From assembly GCA_051294375.1 (NCBI GenBank), contig CM119265.1:20054509-20118508 (forward strand): DNA of 64,000 bases. The letters run 5' to 3'. This DNA comes from Paraspadella gotoi. Taxonomy: Eukaryota; Animalia; Chaetognatha. The notes under the pieces are model-generated. The model saw only the letters and a program-made list of their open reading frames with translations. It was not told the DNA's origin and searched no databases. Shown in pieces: positions 12,142-25,100 of this stretch (its first letter is position 1; each line of letters opens with the position of its first letter). A program made the position numbers and the translations under genes.

Positions 12142-15100
12142 CTCGCGTCGCCCCGATTCTCCTCATGGACGAAAGAATTTTTCTTCCGTTACCCAACCTT
12201 ACCTTTTCTCCCACCCCCACCCCCACCTCCATATCCCCACCACCCACTTCCATCCCCAGTCTTCGCCTCCCCGCCCATCCTCGCCACCCAAGGCCCCGCC
12301 CAAGGGCTCATCGCGTCTTCCCTTCGATCTTACGCTGAGACGGCCAACGTTCAGCCGGACGGAAGCAGCCTCATCCGCGCGCTTGCCGACGCGAGGGACG
12401 CCGACCGAGAGCAAGATGGACTCCGCTGATGATGCACGGTTCAGATCCCGGCCGCGATTCCCTCGACGATTGAAGGTTCCGGAGATGTTACACCGTCTCC
12501 TTGCCGCCCAAGTTCACTTGTTGGACGAGTGTGAGTTGATTTCGCTGGGGGGAGAGGTGGGGAGGGCGGGGGTTAGAGTTTGGTTGATGGGCTTAAAAAA
12601 AGGATGGTAGATGGGGGAAATTCCTTTTTTTTTGGGGGGGGGGTTATTTCTTGTTTCACTATTTTTATATTTCTTTCTTTCATTTTTTTTTTTTCTACGT
12701 TTGACGGACGACGTGCTGTTGCTGCAGATCTAATAGCAACCTTGATCGATGGCTGAATCGCTAATTCTTGTATGAAAATTTGCAAATTATTGTTTCACTA
12801 TTTTCTCACCTATTATAATTATGTATAGGATTTAGTATTTAATCTATATTATTTAAACAAATAATATGCTTTCTCTCTTAAAAAAAATTTATATTATATT
12901 ATATCTCAATAACTCAATTTCGGGAAGGGGAGTCAGTGTTTCTTCTGGAAATAGACGGGAGCATCCTATCAACACAAGGTTAATTACATATATATAACTA
13001 ATTCTATATAACTCTATAACTTATATATCTGCGTAAAAAACTCTATAACATTAATATAACATCATACAATATTGAATATTTATCCAGTCTGTGGACATGA
13101 TTTCTTTTATATCGTATATTTAAAATTAGATTTTATTCTTTTTTCTCATTTTCTTATTTTTCTAACCCATTGATTTTCTTAAGGAAAGAGATACGAAGAC
13201 AGATGAGAAGAAAGGAAACATGATGAAAAATAAGCGGGAGGTTGCGATGAGAAGCAAAAGGAAAAGGTATGAAGGAGAAAAATAGATAGAGAAGAAAAAT
13301 GTAAGAAAAGAGAAGTAAAGAGAAAAAAATATCGAGTTAACATGTCTGGAAATGAGGAGATGAAAATCCAAGTTTCTAAGGTCGCGTCTTTCAAACCTTC
13401 AACGACAAAATGAAAAATTTTCTTGACGTTCTCTTCGTTTTGCACGCGAGACAAATCCCAACCAGGAGGGCAATTTCGCTTCAAAGTTGTTAAAAAAAAA
13501 AGCTAATAGACGTGTTAGGAATTTATAAACCAATACTGCCTAAACAAAATTTTCTTTCTTCTTTTTTTTTTATCATTAAAACCTACTTTTCGCCTTTGTT
13601 TTACGTCGTCAAATAAAAGAAAGAAAGGAATAAAAGAAGAAATACTTAGAAAGACGATGATTCGAAATGAGAGGAAATTCGTCTTAAAAGAAAGAAGGCT
13701 TATCTTTACGTTGCTTACGTCCCTCACCTTTTTGACTCAAGGTTTTGTTTCATTAGCTTCGGAAATACCTGTGCGTTATACCTCCCCCTTTCTTACTCCA
13801 GCCCCAGAACAACAGATCGAGGTGAGCACCGGGTTCGTGACATCACCTTCAACTATCGGCCTCCGTCAAAAGATGTTTCTCTTCGTGCACAAAACCTTCT
13901 ATCTCCCGAGAGAAGAGAGGACGGTTTCACAAGCTTCAGGTTTTAAGAATCTGGATTTTCTCGGAGTTTCTTTTTTTTTTGTGGGATTCAAAAAATTTTT
14001 GATGGAATTCAATGACCTCAAGTCGATTAAGCGATAAAATTCCTTTATTAGAATCGATAAGAAAAAGTCGGAGATCATATTTTGTCTCCTGAGAATCCAT
14101 TTACATTTTCCGTCAACCGAAATTTCCTCATTCAAGGTTCTCCTTCTTCGTTCAAAGAGTTGCGTCATAATGGTTGACGACAATTTTTTTTTTATATTTT
14201 GCTCGACGTTAAACCGTGACGACCGGACGATTCTCCTAATCTCTCTGTCTCCTTACGACCCTCCTCTCCCATCTCTTCTCACACCATAAACAACCGATCC
14301 CTAACTCCCCACCCCCTCACCGCTGCGCCACCTTCTCGTCCTCATTTCCCTCGACGATTCTGGTTCCTGTTTAATCAGCGCCGCCCTTCGAGAGAAAATC
14401 AACGAGAGACGCATCTCTGCGCCGCAAACAAAAAAATAATATATAAAAATCAAGTCTTACTTTTCTCTATTTAATTTTAAGTTGAAAACTGTTCAATCAC
14501 CGAACTCGGTTTCTATTTTTAGCCGCGAGGCCGATTCGTTTGACGCGCTTGATTGACATTTGGTTTAATTCGAATGGACGTTGAGGATCAGTAAATCTGT
14601 TGAGGGGTTAAGTTTTGCCGTTTTTGGTGGTTGACTAAATGTCTGCCTCATTATATATTACATAATCGTGTTTCATTCGTTCACTACACTTGATTGAAGC
14701 AATATACATACAACGAGCACACATAAAAAAGTTAATTTTACAATTCGAACAAGGAATGAAAAAACGTATTTTATTGAATATTGATTCTAGAGAGAAATGT
14801 AATAAATTCGTAGTCCATATTTACAGTAGATACGAAATAAAATATTTTAAAATTATATTCGAGGAAAAACATTTTCGTAATTTCAAAGAAAAAGAAGTTT
14901 TTCAATCTCATTGCCAATGTTTTTCGAAAACATTGTCCTTGAGACTACGTATTTTCCTCTTTTTCATCCACCTGCCCCATCTCCTCCTCCTCCTCCTCTT
15001 CCCTCCTCCCCCCCTCCCAGTTCACCTCGCCCTCCTCCCAACGCAGCAACAGCGCTTCAAGACCAAATGGCAACTCGCCTCCACCCTGTCTTCGAGGAAT

Positions 15101-16938
15101 CCTTCACTCTGCGGGGAATCCCTCCGGAGGACATCAAGAACTTCGCCCTCCGCGTCAGAGTCTACGGCTACGAGAGAAGATGCAGAAGGAAAGCTCTTGG
15201 GTGAGCGAGGCGAGGCGAGGGAAGGTTGTGGAAGAAAGATTTAGAGAGGTTGGTTAGTAAAAACAGTAAATGTACTTTTCGTTGATTATAATATTAGCTA
15301 CATTATTTCGTCCCCAACAGATATTGTTTGGTTAACGCATCACTGCAAACCTCTCTAGTTTGTTAACCCCAAGATCCAGAGAGTTTGGCTTCCTGGTTAA
15401 TGATATGTTGTTGGTTGTGATTTTAAAATCGAAAGATGATATAAGAGAATTGGTTGTATCAATTAGTGGAGACGAAGCGATGTAGTGTTGACTGTTGGGT
15501 TTGTATTAAGTACGTTACAAGATCCGTTGCGTTCAATGTACATCAATGGTACACCATCAGAATCGACAGCTCATTTTCGAGAAATTTTGAAAGCAAATTT
15601 TGCAGAGTAAATTATTACCTGTCATCTCACTCGAAATTTGAAGCCAAATTTTGCAGAGTAAATTATTACCCGTCATCGTCACTCGAAGCCACGTTGTAAC
15701 ATCTTCACTTGATTTGTACGAATGTGAGGAAGTTAAGATGACCGGAGTTTCTAATCTTTTCGTGTTCCAGAAGAGAAGAGAAGACGAAGCCGCTCACAAG
15801 AATTTTATATTCTCGTTATCTGTGTCTTTCTCTGCGTGTATGATGAACGGATTGAGTGAATGGATGAACGGATTGAGTGAATGGTATGAACGGATTGAGG
15901 GAATGGATGAGCTGATTGAGTGAATGATGAACGGATTGAGTGATGAATGAGCGGATTGATGTGAATGGATGAACGATTGAGTGAATGAATGAATCGGATT
16001 GATGAATGGAGAACGGATTGAGTGAATGGATGAACGGATTGAGTGAATGGTGATGAACGGATTGAGTGAATGCGATGAACGGATATGATACCGATGATGC
16101 GTAAACGGACAAATGGATTTCTTGAAAAAATTTAAGCGACGAAGGATTTTTTTTCTTTTTAAAAAATATTTATGTACGATAACTAATTGTTTTGATCTGG
16201 GACTCTATAAAACTTTTCTAATATTAAATATAGCGTGTTTCATTTATGAGAAATTAATATTGCTCCCTGGGAGAAAATCAATTTAAAGCTAAACGAATGA
16301 AGAACAATCGTTTTCATTGTATGAGATAAGAACCTTGGAAGCTGGTAACCGTCATGATGCTACTAAAGTACGTTCATTGTAAAAACAATATTTCAATGCT
16401 TCTTTTGTTTCGCCTATAATTTTCCACGTACATGTCAGTGAGATTCATTTATTTATTTATTTATTCATTTATTCATTCATTCATTTTATTATACTTAAAA
16501 CAATAAATCTATTATAACCTCTGCTCTAGTTTAACTATCAGCTATCATAACTATTACTATCATATAATCAGGATTTAACCTTACTCTGATTTTTTATCAC
16601 TGAAACAGGTTTCACTGTTCGTCGCTCTGAAATTGGTGATTCAAAAACTCGGGTCAACGCTTTTACCGGTTTTTGCCGCCGAATAATTTTTAAAAGCAAG
16701 TCTCGGATTTAGTTAAAAAAAGTCGTTGGAATAATAAAAGAGAAAATGGAAACAAAAATGGAAAGAAGAATAATAAAAAGAAAAAAAAACCAGTGAGAAA
16801 AAAAGAAAAAATAAGCAAGAACGAAATAAAAAAAAGAAAGAAAGAAGGAGAAAGAAAAAAGAAAGGAAGATGGAAAGCTTAATTAAAATACCAGTTTCGA
16901 ATTTTTGGCAAGAATTTGGGAAAAACGAGAGGAGAGAG

Positions 16939-16983
<45 letters not shown>

Positions 16984-18327
16984 GAGAGAGAGAGAGGAGA
17001 GAGAGAGAGAAAGAGAGAGAGAGATGAGAGAGAGAGAGACTCAGTTGTGGGGAGAGAATGCGCGTCGAGGATTTTGAAATATAAATTTTGAAGGAAAAAA
17101 GATTTTAGACGAAAGAGAGATCAAAGAAAATTAAATTCAGAAAGAAATCAAGAAAAAAAAAAAGAATTATAAGGAAAAATAAAAGATGTGATCATGTATT
17201 TAAATAAATATAAAATAAAGAAAGAAAGATGAAAAAAGATAAAAAGAAAGATAGAAAGAAAAGAAAGAAAGAAAAAGAAAGAAGAAAGACAAAAATAAAT
17301 AAAAAAGAAAGAAAGAGTGGAGACAAAAAGAGAGATGAAAAAAGAATGAAAGAAAGAAAGAAAAAAAGAAAAAAAAGAAAGAAAGAAGATAGAAAATCCC
17401 CTTGATTCCACCCTCTCTCCGCTTTCCATCCTACCCACTCCCCGCCCCCCCTCCCCCCCCCGGCAGGCGAATGCGTCCAAAGCTTCGCCGCCGTCAACCC
17501 GACGCCGAGAGAATCGAATCTCGCGTTGGAAGCCGCGAACGTCTCTGCCGATCGCCACGCCCATCACGCCCGACGAGAACGCGTCTCCCTCGCGGAGTAC
17601 GATCAACGTGACGCTCAAAGGTCGTCTCACCCCGCCGAGGAGAAGGCCAAGTCGCCCGACGCCCCCTCCAAGCAGCCCCGACACGTGCAACACGGGGGCG
17701 GCTGCCGAGCTTCAAGTCTCGCTCGCTTATTTTCGATCTGACCGGACGGGTCGCGCTGGAGGTGAGGGGAGGGGGTCTTTGGCTGGGGGGGGGATTCGTT
17801 TTGTCGGTTGTACACTTCCTTTTGTAAAACTACAATTCGACTATGAATAAAAACTAAATGAATTGCAAAAATTAATTAAAATATCCATAAAGTATTTTGA
17901 GAAAACGAACCTAGGAATACTAAAATATAATCTAAACTTCTACAATATGCGAATTATATTATATTAAATATATTATGGAAAATCGCCGTTCCTGATTTTA
18001 TGCATTCGATTTGCGGACCGGCTGGCGAGTGATGTCTCGCCTATCGTGAGGCGAACTTAAAGTTCAAACCCGAAATTGTTTAAATTCCTTTTTTAAAAAT
18101 GTTTTAATGACTTTCCGATTCGGAAAATTCTATTTCGAATTCTATCTTCGTGTTTTTATCTCCCTCGAGGAAAAAGTCGTGATAAAAGTTTTTCAGAGCG
18201 AAAAAATCTCTCTCGTCGAGTCTTTCACACTCTTCACAGTCTTCAGGCAACACTGCACCATTCCACTCTCGATCACACTCTCGAAAATGAAAAAACCTCG
18301 TATCACATCTTCTCCATTTTCTCTACG

Positions 18328-18422
<95 letters not shown>

Positions 18423-19217
18423 GGTGGCTCGTTTGTCACTTTCTGAAATGGAAAAGTTCGTCACCAGCCCTTCTTCTTTTCTCTCTCACAAATCGACTTC
18501 ATTCAGACCCAAAACTTACTTTTCAATCTCCACGTAATTCTTCTCCGTTTTTTTCTCGTCTTAATTCTCAAAACTAAAACAATTCTCGTTTCTCTCATTC
18601 GCTTTTCACGCCTTAACCCTTCTCCCTTCTCCCCACCCTTAATTTCCCAATCTCCCTCATTCGTCACATCTTGACACGTCTTCCTCGATATAAAATAAAC
18701 CCACGACCCCCCCCCCCGCCATAAAAAAAACCCATGATAACCAAAATCCATATCCAATCAAAATTCCTCAGCGAAATATTTTTGCCCCCCCCCACTCCCC
18801 GTCGCCGAATCATTCCTTCCCCCCCACAACCCCCACTTCCCCCTCTTTTCCCTCAACCCCAAGGTCATCCGCGGAGCCACTTCCACAACCGGGCCAACAA
18901 GCCCCCTGACACCTACGTCCTTTGCTCGCTGGTCTCGGAGCGAGGAAGGGCGCTGGAGAAGAGCAAGACTTCGGTGCGCAAGGCCCAACCCAGCCCCATC
19001 TACCGGGAGTCCTTCCTCTTCCCAGTCCCTCATTTCCAACTGCCCGACGTGACGCTCGTCGTCTGCGTCTACAAGAAGAGCGGAGTCGCAAGAAGGAGCT
19101 CGTGGGTAGTGTCATGGGAACGTCGTACGAGCAGCAGTCAGGAAGGGCGGCTCATTGGAAGAGAATGATCGAGGGAAGGGGAGAGGTGGTCACGAATGCA
19201 CGTGTCTGGAGACGAGA
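12142..19217 (+). pseudogene. SYT14: Partial copy of synaptotagmin-14/16-like gene lacking the TM exon; exons ~12142-12530, 13802-13939, 15021-15200, 17467-17761, 18864-~19217; frameshifts likely sequencing errors, may be a redundant haplotype
   Basis: Same C2A/C2B exons as the minus-strand copy (HLALLPTQQQRFKTK, HPVFEESFTLRGIPPEDIKNFALRVRVYG, KPPDTYV...EKSKTSVRKAQPSPIYRESFLF) with GT-AG boundaries. Confidence 0.75.
15841..16085. repeat. 21-bp intronic minisatellite (GATGAACGGATTGAGTGAATG)n, degenerate copy
   Basis: Tandem units visible; mirror of 23000-23241. Confidence 0.9.
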
Positions 19218-19679
19218 TGGCAGGAGTGCGTGTAGTCATAGTGATGCCGTAATGTTGGTCAACAAAAAGCCTTCGCTGAGATATTGCCTGGATGTGGAAA
19301 AAGCATCAAGACTTGTTCATTTCACAGGATTGCTCTCTTACGGGTATTTAAAATGGAATTCTAAACAAAAAGTAGAAACTGCCTCGAAAACCATTAATTT
19401 CTTGAATCTTATGAAGGAAAAAATTGACGGAAAGGTTTTTTTATATTTGCTCAAGATGATATACGGGAGAAAAAATAAAGTGTACACGAATGTCAGCTCT
19501 TAAAATCTTACATCGAAAAAACGCGCCGTAATAATGAAAGCACAATCGCAAGTGGAGTTGGTTCGGATAAAATAAAAAAATCATTCCTTCAGAATTTAAC
19601 AGCCCAGTTTTCTTAAGCCACTAAACCCAGAGACGAATTCATACTCCTGTTTCACCCAAAAGGGTTTTCGAGTTTTTAA

Positions 19680-19704
19680 NNNNNNNNNNNNNNNNNNNNN
19701 NNNN
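19680..19704. other. Assembly gap (25 N) at the centre of the inverted duplication
   Basis: Run of 25 N. Confidence 1.
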
Positions 19705-20672
19705 TTTTTTTTAGAATTCCATTTTAAATACCCCGTAAAGAGAGCAATCCTGTGAAATGAAAAGCTCTTGATGCTTTTCCACTCCAACGGCCAATATCTC
19801 CAGCGAAGCTTTTTGTTGACCAACAATCACGCGGCATCACTAATCTCACGCACCCCTCCATCACGTCTCCAACAGCACGTGCCATCTCGTGACCACCTCT
19901 CCCCTTCCCTCGATCATCTCCTTCCAATGCAGCCGCCCTTCCTGACTGCTGCTCGTCCGTCCCATCGAGCACCACCCCACGAGCTCCTTCTTGCGGAATC
20001 CGCTCTTCTTGTAGACGCAGACGACGAGCGTCACGTCGGGCAGTTGGAAATGAGGAACTGGAAAGAGGAAGGACTCTCGGTAGATGGGGCTGGGTTGGGC
20101 CTTGCGCACCGAAGTCTTGCTCTTCTCCAGCTCCTTCCCTCGCTCCGAGACCAGCGAGCAACGGACGTAGGTGTCAGGGGGCTTCGTTTGGCCCCGGTTG
20201 TGGAAGTGGCTCCCTGCGGATGAACCTTGGGGTTGAGGGGAAAGAGGGGGAGTGGGGTTGTGGGTGAAGGTTGGGGGGGAAGATGATTCGGCGACGGGGA
20301 GTGGGGGGGGGCAAAAAATATTTCGCTGAGGAATTTTGATTGGATATGGATTTTGGTTATCATGGGTTTTTTTTATAGGGCGGGGGGGGGGCTCGTTTAT
20401 TTGATATCCAGGAAGACGTGTCAAGAGTGTGACGAATGAGGGAGATTGGGAAATTAAGGGTGGGGGAGAAGGGGAGAAGGGTTAAGGCGTGAGAAGCGAA
20501 TGAGAGAAACGAGAATTGTTTTAGTTTGAGAATTAAGACGAGAAAAAACGGAGAAGAATTACGTGGAGATTGAAAGTAGTTTTGGGCTGAAATGGAAGTC
20601 GATTTGTGAGAGAGAAAAGAAGAGGGCTGGTGACCGAACTTTCTCCATTTAGAAAGTGACAAACGAGCCACC

Positions 20673-20767
<95 letters not shown>

Positions 20768-21852
20768 CGAGATAGAGAAATGGAGAAGATGTGATACGAG
20801 GTTTTTCATTTTCGAGAAGGTGATCGAACGTGGAATTGCAGTGTTGCCTGAAGACTGTGAAGAGTGTGAAAGACTCGACGAGAGAGATTTTTTCGCCTGA
20901 AAAACTTTTATCACGACTTTTTCCTCGAGGGAGATAAAAACACGAAGATAGAATTCGAAATAGAATTTTCCGAATCGGAAAGTCATTAAAACATTTTTTT
21001 AAAAAGGAATTTAAACAATTTCGAGGTTTGAACTTTAAGACCGCCTCACGATAGCGAGACATCACTCGCCCAGCCGGTTCCGCAAAATCTAATGCATAAA
21101 ATCAGGAACGGCGATTTTTAGCTCATAATAATATAATATAATATAATTCGCATATTGTAGAAGTTTAGATTATATTTTTAGTATCTCCAGGTTCGGTTTT
21201 CTCAAATTTTTTTTTAATTAATATTTTATGGATATTTTTAATATTTTTTGCAATTCATTTAGTTTTCAAAATAACATCTGAACAATTTCATAGTCGAATT
21301 GTAGTTTTACAAAAGGAAGTGTACAACCGACAAAACGAATCCCCCCCCCCCAGCCAAAGACCCCCTCCCCTCACCTCCAGCGCGACCCGTCCGGTCAGAT
21401 CGAAATAAGCGAGCGAGACTTGAAGCTCGGGCAGCCCGCCCCCGTGTTGCACGTGTCGGGGCTGCTTGGAGGCGGCGTCGGGCGACTTGGCCTTCTCCTC
21501 GGGGGTGAGACGACCCTTGAGCGTCACGTTGATCGTCTCCGCGAGGGAGACGCGTTCCTCGTCGGGCGTGATGGGCGTGGCGATCGGCAGAGACGTTCGC
21601 GGCTCCAACGCGAGATTCTCCGTCGTCTCGGCGTCGAGGTTGACGGCGGCGAAGCTTTGGACGCATTCGCCTGCCGGGGGGGGAGGGGGGGCGGGGAGTG
21701 GGGTAGGATGGGGAGCGGAGAGAGGGTGGAATCAAGGGGGGATCTTTCTATCCTTCTTTCTTTCTTTCTTTTTTTTTTCTTTCTTTCTTTCATTCTTTTT
21801 TCAATCTCTCTTTTTTGTCTCCACTCTTTCTTTCTTTTTTAGTTTATTTTTG

Positions 21853-21887
<35 letters not shown>

Positions 21888-22090
21888 ATCTTTCTTTTTA
21901 TCTTTTTTCATCTTTCTTTCTTTATTTTATATTTATTTAAATACATGATCACATCTTTTATTTTTCCTTATAATTCTTTTTTTTTTTCTTGATTTCTTTC
22001 TGAATTTAATTTTCTTTGATCTCTTCGTCTAAATCTTTTTTCCTTCAAAATTTATATTTCAAAATCCTCGACGCGATTTCTCTCCAACTG

Positions 22091-22153
<63 letters not shown>

Positions 22154-25100
22154 TTTTCCAAATTCTTGCCAACAAATTCGAAACTGGTATTTTAATTAAG
22201 CTTTCCATCTTTCTTTCTTTCTTTCTTTCTCTCTTTCTTTCTTTTTTTTATTTCGTTCTTGCTTTCTTTTTTCTTTTTTTTCTCACTGGTTTTTTTTTTC
22301 TTTTTTTATTATTCTTCTTTCCATTTTTGTTTCCATTTTCTCTTTTATTATTCCAGACTTTTTTTAACTAAATCCGAGACTTGCTTTTTTAAAAATTATT
22401 CGGCGGCAAAAACCGGTAAAAGCGTGGACCGAGTTTTTGAATCACCAATTTCAGAGCGACGAACAGTGAAACCTGTTCTAGTGATAAAAAATCAGAGTAG
22501 AGGTTAAATCCTGATTTATGATAGTTAATAGTTATGATAGCTGATAGTTAAACTAGAGCAGAGGTTATAACTGATTTATTGTTTTAAGTATAATAAAATG
22601 AATGAATGAATAAATGAATAAATAAATAAATAAATGAATCTCACTGACATGTACGTGGAACAATTATAGGCGAAACAAAAGAAGCATTGAAATATTGTTT
22701 TTACAATGAACGTACTTTAGTAGCATTACGGTTACCAGCTTCCAAGGTTCTTATCTCATACAATGAAAACGATTGTTCTTCATTCGTTTAGCTTTAAATT
22801 GATTTTCTCCCCAGGGAGCAATATTAATTTCTCATAAATGAAACACGCTATATTTAATATTAGAAAAGTTTTATAGAGCTCCCAGATCAAAACAATTAGT
22901 TATCGTACATAAAATATTTTTAAAAAGAAAAAAAATCCTTCGTCGCTTAAATTTTTTCAAGAAATCCATTTGTCCGTTTACGCATCCATCGGTATCATAT
23001 CCGTTCATCCATTCACTCAATCCGTTCATCCATTCACTCAATCCGTTCATCCATTCACTCAATCCGTTCATCCATTCACTCAATCCGTTCATTCATTCAC
23101 TCAATCCGTTCATCCATTCACTCAATCCGCTCATTCATTCACTCAATCCGTTCATCCATTCACTCAATCCGCTCATCCATTCCCTCAATCCGTTCATCCA
23201 TTCACTCAATCCGTTCATCCATTCACTCAATCCGTTCATCCATACACGCAGAGAAAGACACAGATAACGAGAGATAAAATTCTTGTGAGCGGCTTCTCTT
23301 CTCTTCTCTTCTCGAACACGAAAAGATTAGAAACTCCGGTCATCTTAACCTTTCCTTCACATTCGTACAAATCAAGTGAAGATGTTACAACGTGGCTTCG
23401 AGTGACGATGACGGGTAATAATTTACTCTGCAAAATTTGGCTTTCAAAATTTCTCGAAAATGAGCTGTCGATTACTGATGGTGTACATTGATGTACATTG
23501 AACGCAACGGATCTTGTAACGTACTTAATACAAACCCAACAGTCAACACTACATCGCTTCGTCTCCACTAATTGATACACCAATTCTCTTATATCATCTT
23601 TCGATTTTAAAATCACAACCAACAACATATCATTAACCAGGAAGCCAAACTCTCTGGATCTTTGGGGGTTAACAAACTAGAGAGGTTTGCAGTGATGCGT
23701 TAACCAAACAATATCTGTTGGGGACGAAATAATGTAGCTAATATTATAATCAACGAAAAGTACATTTACTGTTTTTTACTAACCAACCTCTCTAAATCTT
23801 TCTTCCACAACCTTCCCTCGCCTCGCCTCGCCTCACCCAAGAGCCTTTCCTTCTGCATCTTCTCGTAGCCGTAGACTCTGACGCGGAGGGCGAAGTTCTT
23901 GATGTCCTCCGGAGGGATTCCCCGCAGAGTGAAGGATTCCTCGAAGACAGGGTGGGAGGCGAGTTGCCATTTGGTCTTGAAGCGCTGTTGCTTGGTTGGG
24001 AGGAGGGCGAGGTGAACCTGGGAGGGGGGGAGGAGGGGAAGAGGAGGAGGAGGAGGAGATGGGGCAGGTGGATGAAAAAGAGGAAAAATACGTAGTCATC
24101 AAGGACAATGTTTTCGAAAAACATTGGCAATGAGATTGAAAACTTCTTTTTTCTTTGAAATTACGAAATGTTTTTCCCGAATATAATTTTAAATATTTTA
24201 TTTCGTATCTACTGTAAATATGGACTACGAATTTATTACATTTTCTCTAGAATCAATATTCAAAAAAATACGTTTTTCATTCTCTTGTTCGAATTGTAAA
24301 AATTAACTTTTTTATGTGTGCCTCGTTGTATGTATATTGCTTCAATCAAGTGTAGTGAACGAATGAAACACGATTATGTAATATATAATGAGGCAGACAT
24401 TTAGTCAACCACCAAAAACGGCAAAACTTAACCCCTCAACAGATTTACTGATCCTCAACGTCCATTCGAATTAAACCAAAATGTCCAATCAAGCGCGTCA
24501 AACGAATCGGCCTCGCGGCTAAAAATAGAAACCGAGTTCGGTGATTGAACAGTTTTCACTTAAAATTAAATAGAGAAAAGTAAGACTTGATTTTTATATA
24601 TATTTTTTTTGTTTGCGACGCAGAGAAGCGTCTCTCGTTTGATTTTCTCTCGAAGGGCGGCGCTGATTAAACAGGAACCAGGAATCGTCGAGGGAAATGA
24701 GGACGAGACGGTGGCGCAGCGGTGAGGGGGTGGGGGAGTTAGGGGATCGGTTGTTTATGGTGTGAGAAGAGATGGGAGAGGAGGGTCGTAAGGAGACAGC
24801 AGAGATAAGGAGAATCGTCCGGTCGTCACGGTTTTAACGTCGAGCAAAATATAAAAAAAAATTGTCGTCAACCATTAATTGACGCAACTCCTTTGAACGA
24901 AGAAGGAGAACCTTGAATGAGGAAATTTCGGTTGACGGAAAATGTAAATGGATTCTCAGGAGACAAAATATGATCTCCGACTTTTTCTATTCGATTCTAA
25001 TAAATGAATTTTACGCTTAATCGACTTGAGATCATTGAATTCCATCAATAAATTTTTTGAATCCCACAAAAAAAAAAGAAACTCCGCAGAATCCAGATTC

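Larger units (their letters stand above)
11175..19370 (+). repeat. Left arm of ~8.2 kb inverted duplication
   Basis: Reverse complement of ~19705-27896 along its whole length, including exons, introns, the 21-bp minisatellite and CT/GA tracts. Confidence 0.95.

Noticed and set aside
22871-23491. Repeat-protein ORFs (SVHPFTQ)n / (MNGLSEW)n
   Set aside because: 21-bp minisatellite inside a SYT14-like intron; the frame is not preserved in the other copy.
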